Source: Octopus sinensis | Lineage: Eukaryota | Assembly (NCBI RefSeq): GCF_006345805.1 | Contig: NC_043007.1 | Location: 2,790,001 to 2,854,000 of the forward strand | DNA: 64,000 bases | Reading direction: 5' to 3' | Part shown: positions 25,704-40,288 of the stretch, in pieces | Layout: each line of letters starts with the position of its first letter | Position numbering within the stretch: position 1 is the stretch's first letter | The notes under the pieces: generated by a model | Seen by the model: only the letters and a program-made list of their open reading frames with translations | Databases searched by the model: none | Told to the model about the DNA's origin: nothing | Translations under genes and position numbers: made by a program

Positions 25704-27259
25704 ATATGTATATATATGTATATATACATATACATATACATACATATATATTTACATAGGTGTGAATGTTTGCATATATATATACATATAATAATATAAG
25801 TAATATATATGCATATACATATACACATATACATATAAGTAACATATATATATGCATATATACATACATACATACATACATACATACATACAACAGTAAA
25901 CAACATCAAATACGAAAATTAACGAGTTCAATATGCAAACAACGAGAGAAACAAATGGAAAACAGAACAAGTATCATAAAGAACGACACTTCATCACTTG
26001 TCAGCAGTCCATCTACTCCTCATTTCGAGCATTAAACGACACATATACGTATGTCGGAGTGTTGTATTTGGCTGTGTGGCAAGTAACTTGCATACCAACC
26101 ACATGGTTCCGTGTTCGAAATAAGGTACTCAGAAATCTGGATGGTCTGTATTTACAGATTTTTATTAATATGTCGCATGTTTTTATAAATCATTAAATAA
26201 ATATTTTGAGAAAAAGAGGCAGACAGAATTCTGGATAATTGTTTACTTGCGCTTTCGTTCGTTTATAGAACACTTCAAGACAAAATAAATATGAAAAAAA
26301 AAGAACGTTTCCTTTTTCATTATTGAGAATCGGATGTTGTTTGCTTTGTTTTGAAAGAGAGGAAATACTTTTGTTTCTCTTTTTGTTGTTTTTTGTTTTG
26401 GAAAAAGGGGGAATAGAGAAAGAAAAGCAAAGAGGGGGACAATAGACAGGGGAAGAGGGAGTGAGGTTTCAGGAGAATAAAGAAAGAGAAGGAAAGTAAA
26501 GGCTGGGGAAAGGATATATATGTGTGTGTGTGAGTGTGTGTGTATGTGTGTGTGTGTGTGTATACAGAGATAGACAGAGAGAGTAAATGGGTTCTTTTCA
26601 AAAATGATGTGGTTTCGCTTCAGAGTTTATAATAATTTAAGCTAAATTTAAGTTAAATTTTAGTATTATGTTTTTTTAAGAATGTGACTTTGGCAGTAAC
26701 TGGTTTTGGAAGCAAAATCATTTTTCCGTTCTAATGAAATTGGATATGGTTTTCTTATATAATGTTATATAGTCCTAATCCAGCCATGAAACGTGTGTAG
26801 TTGATGTACAAGTACTTACTTTTATCTATTATTGTATTAAATTTTACTGTTCAATTTATACTTTATTTGATTTTAGATTAATATTTTTTATGATGAATCT
26901 TTCTTTGTGTGGTATTCGCTGTGATTTTCAAAGCATTCGCTCTTATATACGATTGTAATAATATAACTGTTCGATATTATATATTATTAAAATTTAAATT
27001 TAGTATTTTGTATGCTATATGTCTCACAGTATGGTTATCCGGGCTCTTCATTCACTGAGTTGTGGAATGGTGGTTCGTCTCATAAAAATCGATATAAATT
27101 TGTATATGACGAAGCTTTTCTAATAAATTTCAAGTTTACCTAAATATTATGCATTTAGTTAGTAATAAGCCTTATGAATGCCGAAAGAGGATCACGTGCG
27201 TGCATGTGTATTTGTTGGGGTCGATTGACGTTTTGGGATTCCTCCTATTAACTGTAAAC

Positions 27260-27310
<51 letters not shown>

Positions 27311-28976
27311 TATATATGTATATATATATATTATATATATATATATATATAATATATATATATATATATACAAAGATTCTATAATTATGGGTATAATTTT
27401 AATTACGGTTCAGCAAAATTTGCTTCACCATATACCAAAATTTAGAAATAGCAGTCAAAAATTATTCTACTACTATAAGATATCTCACAGCAAATTTTCC
27501 TGAACCCTAATTATAAATATTCTCATAATTTTTATATAAGTTTACCGATATTGGTTCTTTAACATACCGAAGCACTAGGCAAAATTACTAATTATTAATT
27601 AATTAATTTCACCCTTTATTATATATATATATATATATGCAATAAAGGGTGGAATATAATTAATTTAATAAAATTAATAAATTTCACCTAGTAGATTTAT
27701 CGGTATGGAAAAGACCATATTTGGTAAGGTTTATAATAATTATAATTAAGGGTTAATTGCAACAAAACCACATACCGAAAATATTAGAAATAGCAGCCAA
27801 ATTGATCACTATTTCTTCTACTAATAAAAAATCTTCACAAACAAATAGAATTTGTAACCTGTATATGGCAAAAAAGGAAGAAAATAACGAAATCCCAGCC
27901 TATCGATTAATTATAGACGAATCGTTTCTGGATTAGAACCAAAGGCTCATTTCCTTGTCAATATAATATATATATATATATATGATTTTGTAGGTAGTAA
28001 TCACTAACATTAAACTCTGTAAAGAAACAAATGTGGATATACTGGATATAATATTTTCTATGACAAATATTATGAAATTTAACTTATATATAATGCTTAT
28101 GTAATTTAATGGTTGAAACATTATTTTGATATGAGTGTAGAAATATAACTGAGAGAGTAAGAGAACTATCGGGGAACCTCAATATACATGGATATAGAAA
28201 ACCATACCTATTTTATTGGAAACTGCAATCGTTAGAAAACACATATTCGCATGAATATACGTACGTATTACCGGTATATATTTCCGTCTAAGTCATTTTA
28301 TATTTCAATATGTTCTGGTTCTATAACCATAGTTTTATTATACATGGAAATTATTCATTTTAATATCAAACGTTATATTGTGTATCACTTTTCACTTTTA
28401 TTTGATGTATTTTTATTCTATTTTTGCAGATAATTTCAGACATTCAAAGCATATTTGTAAAATATTTATTGCCCAGATTTAGAAATTTGTAAAATATATA
28501 AATATACATATAAGCATTTTCATTGCATTTGTATAGTTCTGCTTTCCTTCATCTGTTTTATTAGTTCTATGCACAAGCCCTGTGATTGTTATGTATTTTA
28601 AACGTGCTACGTTTAAAAACTAGTCTTTATAAACGAGAAAAATATACAAGTAGGCTTGTACATATTTTATATTGACGGTATTTACCTTCATGTACACTTT
28701 CCCTTTTATATCTATTTATATATACATATAATCATGTGCTTGCATGAAATTTAAATATATATATATATATATATAATATATATATATATGTATTTAATTA
28801 TTTATTTGTCAATATAAACATTTATCAATTAATTAATATGTATACATGCATCTGTCTCTATTCATGTATATATATATATATATATATATATGAATATGTA
28901 TATATGTATATACACACACATATATATATATATACATACACACATACACAGACACACACCTATATATGTATGTATG

Positions 28977-29115
28977 CGTGAAGGCACATGGCTTAGTGGT
29001 TAGGGCATTCGGCTTACGATCGGAAAGTTGTGAGTTCAATTCCCAGCAACGCGTTGTGTCCCTGAGCAAGACACTTTATTTCACGTTGCTCCAGTCCACT
29101 CAGCTGCTAAAAATG
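28977..29115 (+). mobile_element. tRNA-derived SINE, 5' part
   Basis: A-box-like TGGCTTAGTGG, B-box-like GAGTTCAATTCC, then GTGTCCCTGAGCAAGACACTT. Confidence 0.7.
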
Positions 29116-29143
29116 TAGGTGTGTAGGTTTGTAGACAGTAAAA

Positions 29144-29693
29144 GACGCATTTGACCCAGACTGCCTTCTTCCAACTGTTAAACATGGAGGAGGATGTGTA
29201 ATGATCTGGGGTGCGTGCTATATGTTGGAGATTCGCCGGCCCAATGGTTTCCCTTCATGGCAGAATTGATAGTCAAGACTATTTAAGCATTTTATCTGAT
29301 CAAATTCATCCTATGGCTGCAGAACTATTTCCGGAGCGAAACGCAATCTTTTAGGATGATAATGCTCCAATTAATACAGCTAAACTTGTTACTGAATGGC
29401 ACGAGGAACATTCTAGTAAAGTTGAACATCTTATCTGGCCACCACTGTCTCCAGATCTCAATATTATTGAACATTTATGGTGAATTTAAAAAAAACAAAT
29501 AAGGAGTCGATATCCTCCACAATCATCACTACAAGAACTGGAGATATTTTAGCTGAAGAATAAACAAAAACTTGGTATGAGTCCATACCTTGTAGAATTC
29601 AAACTGTAATTGCTGCCAAAGGCGCTCCTATCCCATATTAAAATAAATTTGTTTGAAAGTTTAAGGTATATCCACTACTTTGTCCAACACCTG
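29144..29693 (+). mobile_element. Tc1-like (DD34E) transposon relic: transposase C-terminal half and right TIR
   Basis: FDPDCLLPTVKHGGGCVMIWG..IF*DDNAPINTAK..WPPLSPDLNIIEHLW..SIPCRIQTVIAAKGAPIPY*. Ends ..gtccaacacctg|TA. Confidence 0.9.
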
Positions 29694-30967
29694 TATATGT
29701 CTTACCTTTTCGTCTTTCCTCCTCGAGTTTCATGTCCGGATATTTTCAGGATTAATTGTTTTGACTTCACATAGTGTGCAATTTATAATTGTGATCGCGA
29801 AATTATCACGTCTGCTTTTATATCCGTCTCCTCTCTCTTTTCTCTCTTCTCTCCTTCACTCTCCCTTTCCCTCTCTCTCTACCCTCTCTCTCTCTTTATT
29901 TCTCTCCTCATCTCTCAACACTTAGACACAAACACATATAAACACACCCGCGCACATACACGCACACACATATACACATTATATATATATACACATATAT
30001 ATATATATGTATGTTTGTATGTATGTACATATATATATATATATATATATGAATATATTTGTATATGCAAATGAGTAGTATATCTCACACTGCCTTTGTC
30101 AAAGTCCTGTTATCTCTTCATTGTTCCAAATTCAGACGCTATTGTTTATGTTGTGTCATGTTGTGTCACATAAAAATATATGCCAGACAGATATAAATAT
30201 TAGCAGATCGATATTATCGATCGAAATCACTGAAATTGCTACCCAAACATAACAACGAAAGAAATGTTAAACTGTTACATCATTACTATGTATGTATCCA
30301 TTTTGCCATTTACATGTTGTTGTATGCATATTATTGAGACACACAGACAAGTGCATGTGTGGTTGTGTATGTACATGTATGGATAAGTATTTATATATGT
30401 ATGGCGAAATTAAAGAGATTCGGCAGAACTGAGCCGTTTGCCATAGAATTACAATAAGCAAGATAAGAAAAAGGAGAAGAATGGAAGAAGTGTCTAACCT
30501 ACAGCAAAATAAATAAAATACGTTTTTAAGCATATTTTATATATATATGTTTTTGTTTACCTTTTTGTTTCTGTTGCTGTTGTTGTTGCAGTTATTGTTA
30601 CTATTATATTATAGCAGTGGATTTGCAGAATTATTGGAACGTCTGCAACCGCATATCATGCAGTATTTATATCGATTTTTCTACATTCTACATTCAGATC
30701 TGACCGACATTAGCTCTCCCAATTTTTGATAAAATTAAGTTCTGTGTTAAGTACTGAAGACGGTTTAATTGACAAACCCTGCTTGAAATGTTACGTAACA
30801 TTTATCATCAAAATTTTCTCAGGTTTTGACATTCTTATGCGTCATCCCTGTCATGTCTTATCTCCTCCCTGCAGCTCCTGTGTGAGCTTGTTCCTGCAGC
30901 ATTCAGATTCACTATTCCATGTAAGGCATCCAAATATGAACTCCAAATAAGGTCGCACAGTTCAAAC

Positions 30968-31345
30968 GTATCATATTTCTTTATTGCCCACAAGGGGCTA
31001 AGCATAGAGGGAACAAACAAGGACAGACAAAGGGATTAAGTCGATTACATCGACCCCAGTGCGTAACAAGTACTTAATTTATCAACCCCGAAAGGATGAA
31101 AGGCAAAGTCGACCCCGGCGAACGTAACGACGGACAAAATACCTATTTCTTTATTACCCACAAGGGGCTAAACACAGAGGGGACAAACAAGGACAGACAT
31201 AGGTATTAAGTCGAATACATCGACCCCAGTGCGTAACTGGTACTTATTTAATTGACCCTGAAAGGATGAAATGCGAAGTCGGAATTTGAACTCAGACGTA
31301 ACGACGGACAAAATACCGCTAAGCATTTCGCCCGGCGTGCCAACG
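30968..31345 (-). mobile_element. Two tandem partial copies of the 15997-family SINE
   Basis: Repeated units ttctttatt.cccacaaggggctaa..gacaaacaaggacagac..catcgaccccagtgcgtaac at about 30977 and 31147. Confidence 0.75.
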
Positions 31346-31816
31346 TATTTTGCCAGGGTTTTGTGTTCCCGAGTTGTTGTTTTTATAGTTCGAAAATAGC
31401 AATGAGTATGGCAGTCTTCAGGACGTCGAATACGTTCACCGGAAATGCCAATTCTTAATAACTTCCGGCTTTCTCATTTACTGTCTTCACGGTATTCTTG
31501 TATTCAGGCATAGCTCTGTTAAAGAAGATCTATTCTCTGGTCTCTTCCGTTGGAGGGCGAATTCTGATAAATTTTGCTGCTGCTCCTTATCTATGTGAAT
31601 TGATATATCAAGTTTCACTCGATCATTCTCTGCGACTGACAAGCCTTGGCACACGAGTGTCTGATCAGTACAATCTAACCCATTCCTCTTGCAGATCTTT
31701 CAGTGTAAACGCTGTGCAACTCTGCCATAGAATCAGAAGTGGCTAGAAAGCGATCATGCATATATATATATACATATATTTATATATACATATATATACA
31801 TACATACATATATGTA

Positions 31817-31853
<37 letters not shown>

Positions 31854-31902
31854 CTTATATATACATATATATATATATATCTATATATATATATGTATGT
31901 GT

Positions 31903-31935
<33 letters not shown>

Positions 31936-32439
31936 ATAATTATATGTATATATATATGTACATGTACATATATGTATGTGTATATATATATATGCATGTA
32001 TGCATGTATGTATATGTTATGTAGTACAGGAACCACACGACTGCTGGGAGTTCGAACGTCGCGATTGGCGAATTTATGCAGCAGTTATCTTGTCAAAGAA
32101 GACCGAAAACTGTATCTCGAATTACACTTTCGAACAGTAATGAAAAGTAATGCGGCAGAAGTTACTTCAAAGTTTTGCTCGATTCTTTCAGTTGCTGATC
32201 AATGTAATACGTTGTTACATTGTTTTAGTCACGTAGATTTTGTTAAATTGTCTGCTACGTCTGTGCATATGATCGCTATGCTGTGTTTGCATACACGCAT
32301 ATACGCATGCCGCTAAGAAACCGAGAATTTCGTACCGTGCATAGGGTCAGATATATTTCAGGAATTTCATAATTGAAATTATCCTAGTCATTGCTAGGTT
32401 CAGTGGTCGAATCTTCCACCTGTTGTGTAACTTCAATGG

Positions 32440-32499
<60 letters not shown>

Positions 32500-32886
32500 C
32501 TCTCTCTCTTTCTCCCACTCTTATTCCGTAGTTGTATAAATATTATCTCTTACTCGTTTCTGTCTTTGTACTTGATGAGTGCCACATCTTTTGACATCCG
32601 GTCAAGGGCACCCCACCCCCACACATATGCATGTGTGAATGCATGTATGTGTTTGTGTATGTGAGTATGTTTGTGTATGTATATGGATATACATGGGTAT
32701 GGTGGGGGTGTGCGTGTGTCTGTATGTGTGTATTTGGGTGCATGCGTGTGTTAATGCGTGTGTGTTTGTGTATGTATATGCGGATATGCATGTGTATATA
32801 GATATACGTGTGTATAGTGGATGTGTGCATATGTGTGTGTAAGTGCGTGTATGTGTTTTTTTTATATGTATATAGATATAGGCATA

Positions 32887-33273
32887 GGTGTAGGAGTGGC
32901 TGTGTGGTAAGTTGCTTACGAACCACATAGTTCGCGTAGCACCTTGGGCAAGTGTCTTCTATTATGGCCCCGGACCGACCAAAGCTTTGTGAGTGGATTT
33001 GGTAGATGGAAACTGAAAGAAGCCCGTCGTATATATGTATATGTATATGTATATATATGTATGTGTGTGTAGACGTTTGGGTGCCAGTTTTCCACCCAAC
33101 ATCGCTTGACAACCGGTGCTAGTATGTTTACGTCCCCGTAAACTAGCGGTTCGGCAAAAGAAACCGATAGAATAAGTACTAGGCTTCCAAAGAATAAGTC
33201 CTGGTGTCGATTAAAGGCGGTGCTTTAGCATGGCCAAAGTCAAATGACTGAAACAAGAAAAAGAGTAAAAGAG
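32887..33273 (+). mobile_element. tRNA-derived SINE (same family as 6914-7402)
   Basis: GGAGTGGCTGTGTGGTAAG..CACCTTGGGCAAGTGTCTTCTA..GAAGCCCGTCG..GAATAAGTACTAGGC. Confidence 0.8.
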
Positions 33274-33312
33274 TATATATGTGAGTGTGTGTGTGTGAGT
33301 GTGTATGTGTGT

Positions 33313-33360
<48 letters not shown>

Positions 33361-34039
33361 TGTACGTATGTCTCTATCCTAGGCCGTTTTGTGCACTCAT
33401 TTGACGCGACAGTGTATTTTGTTCTATGCTATATGGACGTAATCTATTCTAGGAGTGAATCGATGTTGTTTGTAATGTAATGGTGGTGTGAGTGGTTGAC
33501 CACAGGGAAAATTATTTCGCCAATAATTATCTCACAAAGTCAGCCTAAAATGTGGTGGAAATTCATGCTGAATAGTATCATCACACACTCCTCCCCACCA
33601 CAACACAGACACACACATATACACGCACAACACACACACACGCACACCAAAGATATATAATACGAAGTTGTCAATTGCTTCTCGAAGTTCACAGCTTTCA
33701 GGAAAAGGTATTTAGAGGCGAATAAACGTTTAACAAATCGATTCAGTTGAACCTGGGGGGTGTTTATTTTAAGACTGTGAAATCAGTTAATAATTGAAGC
33801 ACTGGACATCAATTTTCCTAATCAAGTAGTATGTCTAATTTTGAGGTTAATTAAGGCGAATATACGCTTACTAATTATTGCCAATTTACGTGTGAAGGAC
33901 TTGCTTAACAGACATTTATGCCGGGAGAGAAATATCATCTCGTGGTTTATAAATAAACTCCATAATATTATACGGTATTTTATATCTGTCGATGACTGTT
34001 AAATCCACAAGATTTTTTTTTTATTCACTCTCTTTATTT

Positions 34040-34170
34040 TCTCTAATTCCTTTCTCTTGCAGAGCGAAAGCTCGAAACGTAAAAGACTTTTCCATTTTCC
34101 CGAGAGTTAAACTAATACAACTGTTTGTTGTTTATACACCTGTCTCCGTCAGTTGTCTTCTATAAAATTT
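34040..34170 (+). mobile_element. PLE-like 3' terminus with degenerate hammerhead remnant, ending in (TA)n
   Basis: gagc-GAAA-gctc GAAAC GT A aaag, but the CUGANGA part is degenerate. A related diverged copy lies at about 57510-57630. Confidence 0.45.
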
Positions 34171-34177
34171 CAATATA

Positions 34178-34243
<66 letters not shown>

Positions 34244-34510
34244 CTGCCGGACGAGAGATAGTGAAGATACCGACGACCGCTCGGTCAAAGTCTCTCTTGA
34301 CCAGAAATGGCCTGAACTCTTCGCATGAACACCCCTCTGTACATAACTCCATGTCCCCATACATGGCCTTGGTTTTTGCTTTTTGAGCCCAAAAAAATTA
34401 ACTTAACTTAACTACATATATATATATATATATATATTATACAGATAGAGAGAGACAGGCAGACAGAGCCAGCCAGGGAAACATGCATATATGTATATTT
34501 ATATTATGTA

Positions 34511-34545
<35 letters not shown>

Positions 34546-35232
34546 TATATAGATATATATATATATAATAGATATATTATCTATAATATATATTATATAT
34601 ATATATATACATGAAAAGAGAGAGCTTCAAAATTTGTGGAATTTAGACCGTTACAATGAATAGTTTCCTCTCTTTATTGTATGGTCTCATATATTCTCAC
34701 TTGACATTTACCTTTCACCCTTTCAAATCGATAAAATATTGCACCGCCGAAACATAAAACGCTTTGTTTTACGAATGTCCTCATTAGACTTCCCCGTGTT
34801 TCCTCGAACAAAATTTATAGTTTGCGGTGGATAACATGCTTAATGATATCTGTTAACATAATTGTTTAATTAAGTACGTGAACTAAAGAATATCTTACAG
34901 ACAGACTATACTGTCCAAGTATGAAACAAGTTAATTATTGAAACCATATGAGTGAGCATTATATTTTCCTTGGTCTAATTAAAGGCTATGGGCTTATCTG
35001 CCAATACGTTTAGTCTAAGCTGCATGAGATATGTTCACCTTAATCTTTAATATCTTAAATGCGTCTTGAAAATGAATAGCGATTATTTTGTAATATTTGT
35101 CTTTTATATCACTCGCTGGGTGCATATCTTTAAATCTATAACTGATAACGGATTGAGGAATCTAGCAATTTTAAAGCTACTGCCAAAAAATCTGTAAATC
35201 TTTTCACTTGAAAATATTTATTTATATTATAT

Positions 35233-35347
35233 AGAGGGCATTATTACACAAAAATGCCACACATAGGAGGGACTTTTAAAGTCATAACTACCAAAAATAA
35301 ACAAACGATTTGTTATTTTTGATAGTTATGACTTTAAAAGTCCCTCC

Positions 35348-35349
<2 letters not shown>
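35233..35349. mobile_element. Small foldback (35264-35349) plus left tail, related to 22710-23050
   Basis: ggagggacttttaaagtcataactaccaaaaata / tatttttgatagttatgactttaaaagtccctcc. Shares gagggcattat..atgcca..gagggac..gtcat..ctaccaaaaata with 22710. Confidence 0.7.
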
Positions 35350-35409
<60 letters not shown>

Positions 35410-35957
35410 AAAATCGAACAATGCAATGTATCTATTAAAACTTCTGCAAAATGTACGAATATTGGTTGACTGATTATCGGTTTCGGTTCGTCTGGCATAA
35501 CTTTCAATGCCTTCTCATGAGCACTCGTTTGAAAACAACAAAAGGAAAGAATAACAAATTTGATAAACACATACTATGAAATAATTGTTTGAGGAAATAA
35601 GTCGGTTGTTCGCGGGATCTGGTTTGTTACTCAAGATAAAAACAAATTAAATAATTGAACTTTGAAGTTTCCATTATATAAAACATTTTAAAGCAAATGA
35701 TATCACTAAAAATAACAACTTAGACGGTTATGGCTAAGATCTGTTAGTTTTGCAGTTTCTCAGAGAAATAGTTCAACAGATATCAAATCCAGGTGTGTGC
35801 ACACACGCATGTACACACACATAGACATATGAATATATGTATTTATATATCTATATATATATATTCGTTCATACATACATATATATACAAATTGTATGCA
35901 TATATATATAATATATATATATATATAATATATAATATATTATATATATATATATAT

Positions 35958-36317
35958 AACAATTGCAGCGTGGAAGGTGTTTGTAAGCCATTTAAGAAAC
36001 ACACAAAAGCTGTTCGATTCACTTCAACATTTAAGTTTAATTTGTCAAAATATTTTCGTCGCTTTAAGACCGCGACCTGTTCACTGACAAAATTGTCAGA
36101 TGCAAAAATCTCAGATGCAGCACGGATTTTTGTCAGTGAACAGGTCGCGGTCTTAAAGCGACGAACATATTTTGACAAATTAAACTTAAGTGTTGAAGTG
36201 AATCGAACGGCTTCTGTGTGTTTCTTAAATGGCTTACAAAAACCTTCCACGCTGCAATTGTTTTCGTTTCAGTACACGATCTCAGATCAAATCACTTGCT
36301 ATGCAAGTACATCTCCG

Positions 36318-36320
<3 letters not shown>
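35958..36320. mobile_element. Foldback with 135 bp arms (35958-36092 / 36128-36262) plus 58 nt right tail, between (TA)n
   Basis: aacaattgcagcgtggaagg.. versus ..ccttccacgctgcaattgtt. Explains the mirror-like ORFs 35793-36320 and 35843-36250. Confidence 0.85.
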
Positions 36321-36371
<51 letters not shown>

Positions 36372-36379
36372 TATATTAT

Positions 36380-36429
<50 letters not shown>

Positions 36430-38412
36430 GTATGTATGTATTTATGTATGCATGTATGTATGTAGTTATGTATGTCATTTTATGGCTTTATTTGAATATT
36501 TCTTGTCAATAGAGAAAGCGCTGATTTCAAATCGAGATTCAAAGTTCCTTCCTTGGAAGTTCAACAATACCTGCAGGAGCAGGGTATTTTTCTATGTATG
36601 TATATATATGTATAGTTTGTATGTTTGGTTGTATGTATATTAACGTTTATACTTGCATGTCTACACATGGTCATATATACATAAATGATAAGCTTCTAGT
36701 AAGTTTTACATATTTTTACTGTTCAGGTGATGGCTTGGATCCGTAGACTTCGAACCATATTTTTCGTTACCGGTTTTGAGTAGCCTAATTTCTCAAGAAT
36801 GGTACTTAAGCAGGGTGTTACATATCTCACTGCTCCATAAATACAGGTATAAACCTGAACATGTAATCTGGGTTGAGTAACTGTATGTTTCTCAATAGTT
36901 CAACGGAAGTATTTTCTTCTTTGTGGGACAAAAGTTTCCTGCTAAACAAGTGAGAATGTAGAATTCATTTAGCAGGTGAAAATGCACCTGTCTTAAAACG
37001 AAGTCTACTTCGTTTTCGATTTTTAAAAGGGTATTTCAATACCATACCGTATTTTACTATTTTTTTGGCGGTATTCAATGGCAAATATAATATAAAAGGA
37101 AGAAGTACATAACAAAACTTGAAATATTCAATAGCCTCACAACAATAGGAAATCATAAAAGTTGAAATGATCGATAAATTTTGTAGCCATAATCTGTGAT
37201 AGAAATTTGAAACTTCAACAGATCTGAACGGAGTAAGCTAACCATGTATTGTATCCGCCGTACTTCAGTGTTAATCTTTCTAACTCCGAATAGGAAACCT
37301 AACATTTACTTAACAAATGTTGTTTATATGCAAGATATGTAATGGCTACCAATTATCATATGGGGATGTGAAACATACTCGGCATAAAAACTCTATTCAT
37401 AAAATGTCTATGTTTACTATCTATAAGCAAAATTAACGTAGTAGTAAATTTGTCTAAACAGTAAATCGAGGTATAATTCAGAGAAATTGCTTGCTGTAGT
37501 TTTGTGATGGTGATAGTCAGAAAATGACGAACTCATTAATTTTATTGTCTTTTTATAAGTTTAGCAGATTATTTTAGATATGTTTTGTTATGGTCAGGTT
37601 TTAAAATGTAGCAGAATCAGTTCTGAGTTTTACATAGTTCTATATCCGGGCGATAGGAGTTAATATTTAATAATATTTCGAGGATGGCCACGTAGTTTGT
37701 GAGAGGAATTGAGAGTTTTCTCAGTTTTTGAGATGAAATGTAAAGAAGTGTTAAATATTTTATGCAATATTTCATATGCTGCAACTACCATGTCGTTAGC
37801 AGGGTTGTCGTAATGTTAAAATAATCTTCTAGCATACTGCAAAATATATATTTCCTGTCAATTGACCGATCGCGGTTTATTATTTAAACTTATGTCCATT
37901 CCTCCGTGGTGTTGTTTTGCATCTATGATAAAATAAATATATACAAATTATAAAAATAAAATATAAAATATAAAGAGTACAATGCAATATCGTTTCTACT
38001 TCGCCTTCGAAGATTTGTAGTTATCCCGGCGGGGCTTTGGAACAATAAAACCCACGATAGTAGAGAGATTAGTTGTTTGAAGCATAATGTCTATATCAAC
38101 CTACAAAATCTTGCATTAGTTTTTATCAGCTGAGAGCATTTGGTAGTAGCGACACACGTTCAAAGTTTGAAGGTATTCTGTTTGATTCAGTTTTATCGAT
38201 TGTGCGGGGTTAATCGAGCGAATATAGTGTTTCCGTCTGATTTTGTAACTAAAGCCTTTGATATTAGTTTCAAATTTTAGAACAAGCCCAGTAATTCCGA
38301 GGGAGGCGGCAGGTTGATTTCATCTACCCCAGTACCTCAAGGTAATTATATAATCGACCCCGAGAGGATGCTATATGAATTCGGTGGTATTTGAACTCAA
38401 ATTAAAAAGACG

Positions 38413-38640
38413 GAGGCGAACTGGCAGAAACGTTAGCACGCCGGGCGAAATGCTTTGCGGTATTTCGTCTGCCGTTACGCACTGAGTTCAAATTCCGCCG
38501 AGGTCGACTTTGTCTTTCATCCTTTCGGGGTCGATTAAATAAGTACCAGTTACGCACTGGGGTCGATATAATCGACTTAATCCGTGTGTCTGTCCTTTTT
38601 TGTCCTCTGTCTGTTTAGCCCTTTTGTGGGTAGTAAAGAA
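38413..38640 (+). mobile_element. SINE, 15997 family
   Basis: High by-eye identity to 15997-16231. Confidence 0.8.
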
Positions 38641-39376
38641 GTAGATATACCAGAACGACATTGATATTAAAATGTGCTAAGTGCATTTACAATGTTCTTG
38701 TTGAAAATCCATATCAATTTTTTATATTTTTTAGTGTTTTGCTCGTTTATGGTATTCTGGTCTGTGGCAGTTGTTGGTAAAAGAATTAGTAACATGGCAT
38801 TGGTATAAGTATTTGTATTCTGGTTCTGTCATGTCAAAGAAAGCTAATACCTATTTGTTTTTGTGCCGATTCTAAGTCATTATTATTCCTCTTGGCTTTT
38901 ATCTTGATAAGAATAGCCTATTTTCAAACGCTTTCTCGTAATAACTTTGTCCATGAACATTTATTGAATTTAAATCAGTGTTTACGACCATTATTCAGAT
39001 TGTTGCTTTTATGTTAAAAAACGTTGCCAGCCACATCAGATTTCTAATAAAATTGATGGTCATCTCTTAAAGTATTTTTAAATAGATTCGATTTCATGCT
39101 ATAGGAATGTTTTCTGTAAAAATGTCAATTAGCCTCTCTCCACGTATTAGTTTGGTATTGATTAAATGTTACAACATAGGTATTTTTTCTCTAACTGCTA
39201 GCATATATACATAAAAAAAATATGTAGAAAGAACTCGATAAAAACTTAGAGGGTTATTGATAATTTGTTTAAAAAATGAAATGAATTCAAATATATGTAT
39301 ATGCACACCTTTGAAAGGAGAAGCGAATGAATATTAAAATATTAAAATAGCAATCTTTTCTATTCTAACATATATA

Positions 39377-39469
<93 letters not shown>

Positions 39470-40084
39470 ATATATATATATGTATGTATGTATATATATA
39501 CACACACAATTTTCAAAAAAGAATACAGTATATATTTTTATGACGAACTAATTTCATGCGAAGAAACAATTTAGATAGCATTTCATATGCTATCTGGTGC
39601 GTTCAAGCATTTTTCAAGTTGTGGCCACGTAGCATAACAAGCTAAAACAACGATACAAAAAAAAAAGAATATACGAGAGAAGGCTAGAGAATAGTAGATG
39701 TAAAAGGTGGATCGTTGGAAACACAGTGCAACGAAAAAGTAATATGAAAAACGAAGCAGAATTACAGTTATGTTGCCTTTGACCGTAAAGTCATATGGCT
39801 GAATGGATAGCAGCCTAGAGTCTGCGGTACAGCAGCTCAATTTGCAAACGGTGGTGTTTTCTAATTCGCCATCCGGAACCTGTCGGTATGTTTACATCCG
39901 ATGAAAATTTCAGATCTGGAATTCAGCAGTGCGGTGGAATTGTTAGATCTGAAAAATATCTGTGGTCTTTCAGCTACGCACAGCTTAAAATGTTTTTGAT
40001 CCGTTGTCATATGTGTTCATTAAATAATATTAATTTCTCACCAAATGGAGTAGTTTTTGTTCATCTTACCATCGCGGAATAGTG

Positions 40085-40288
<204 letters not shown>

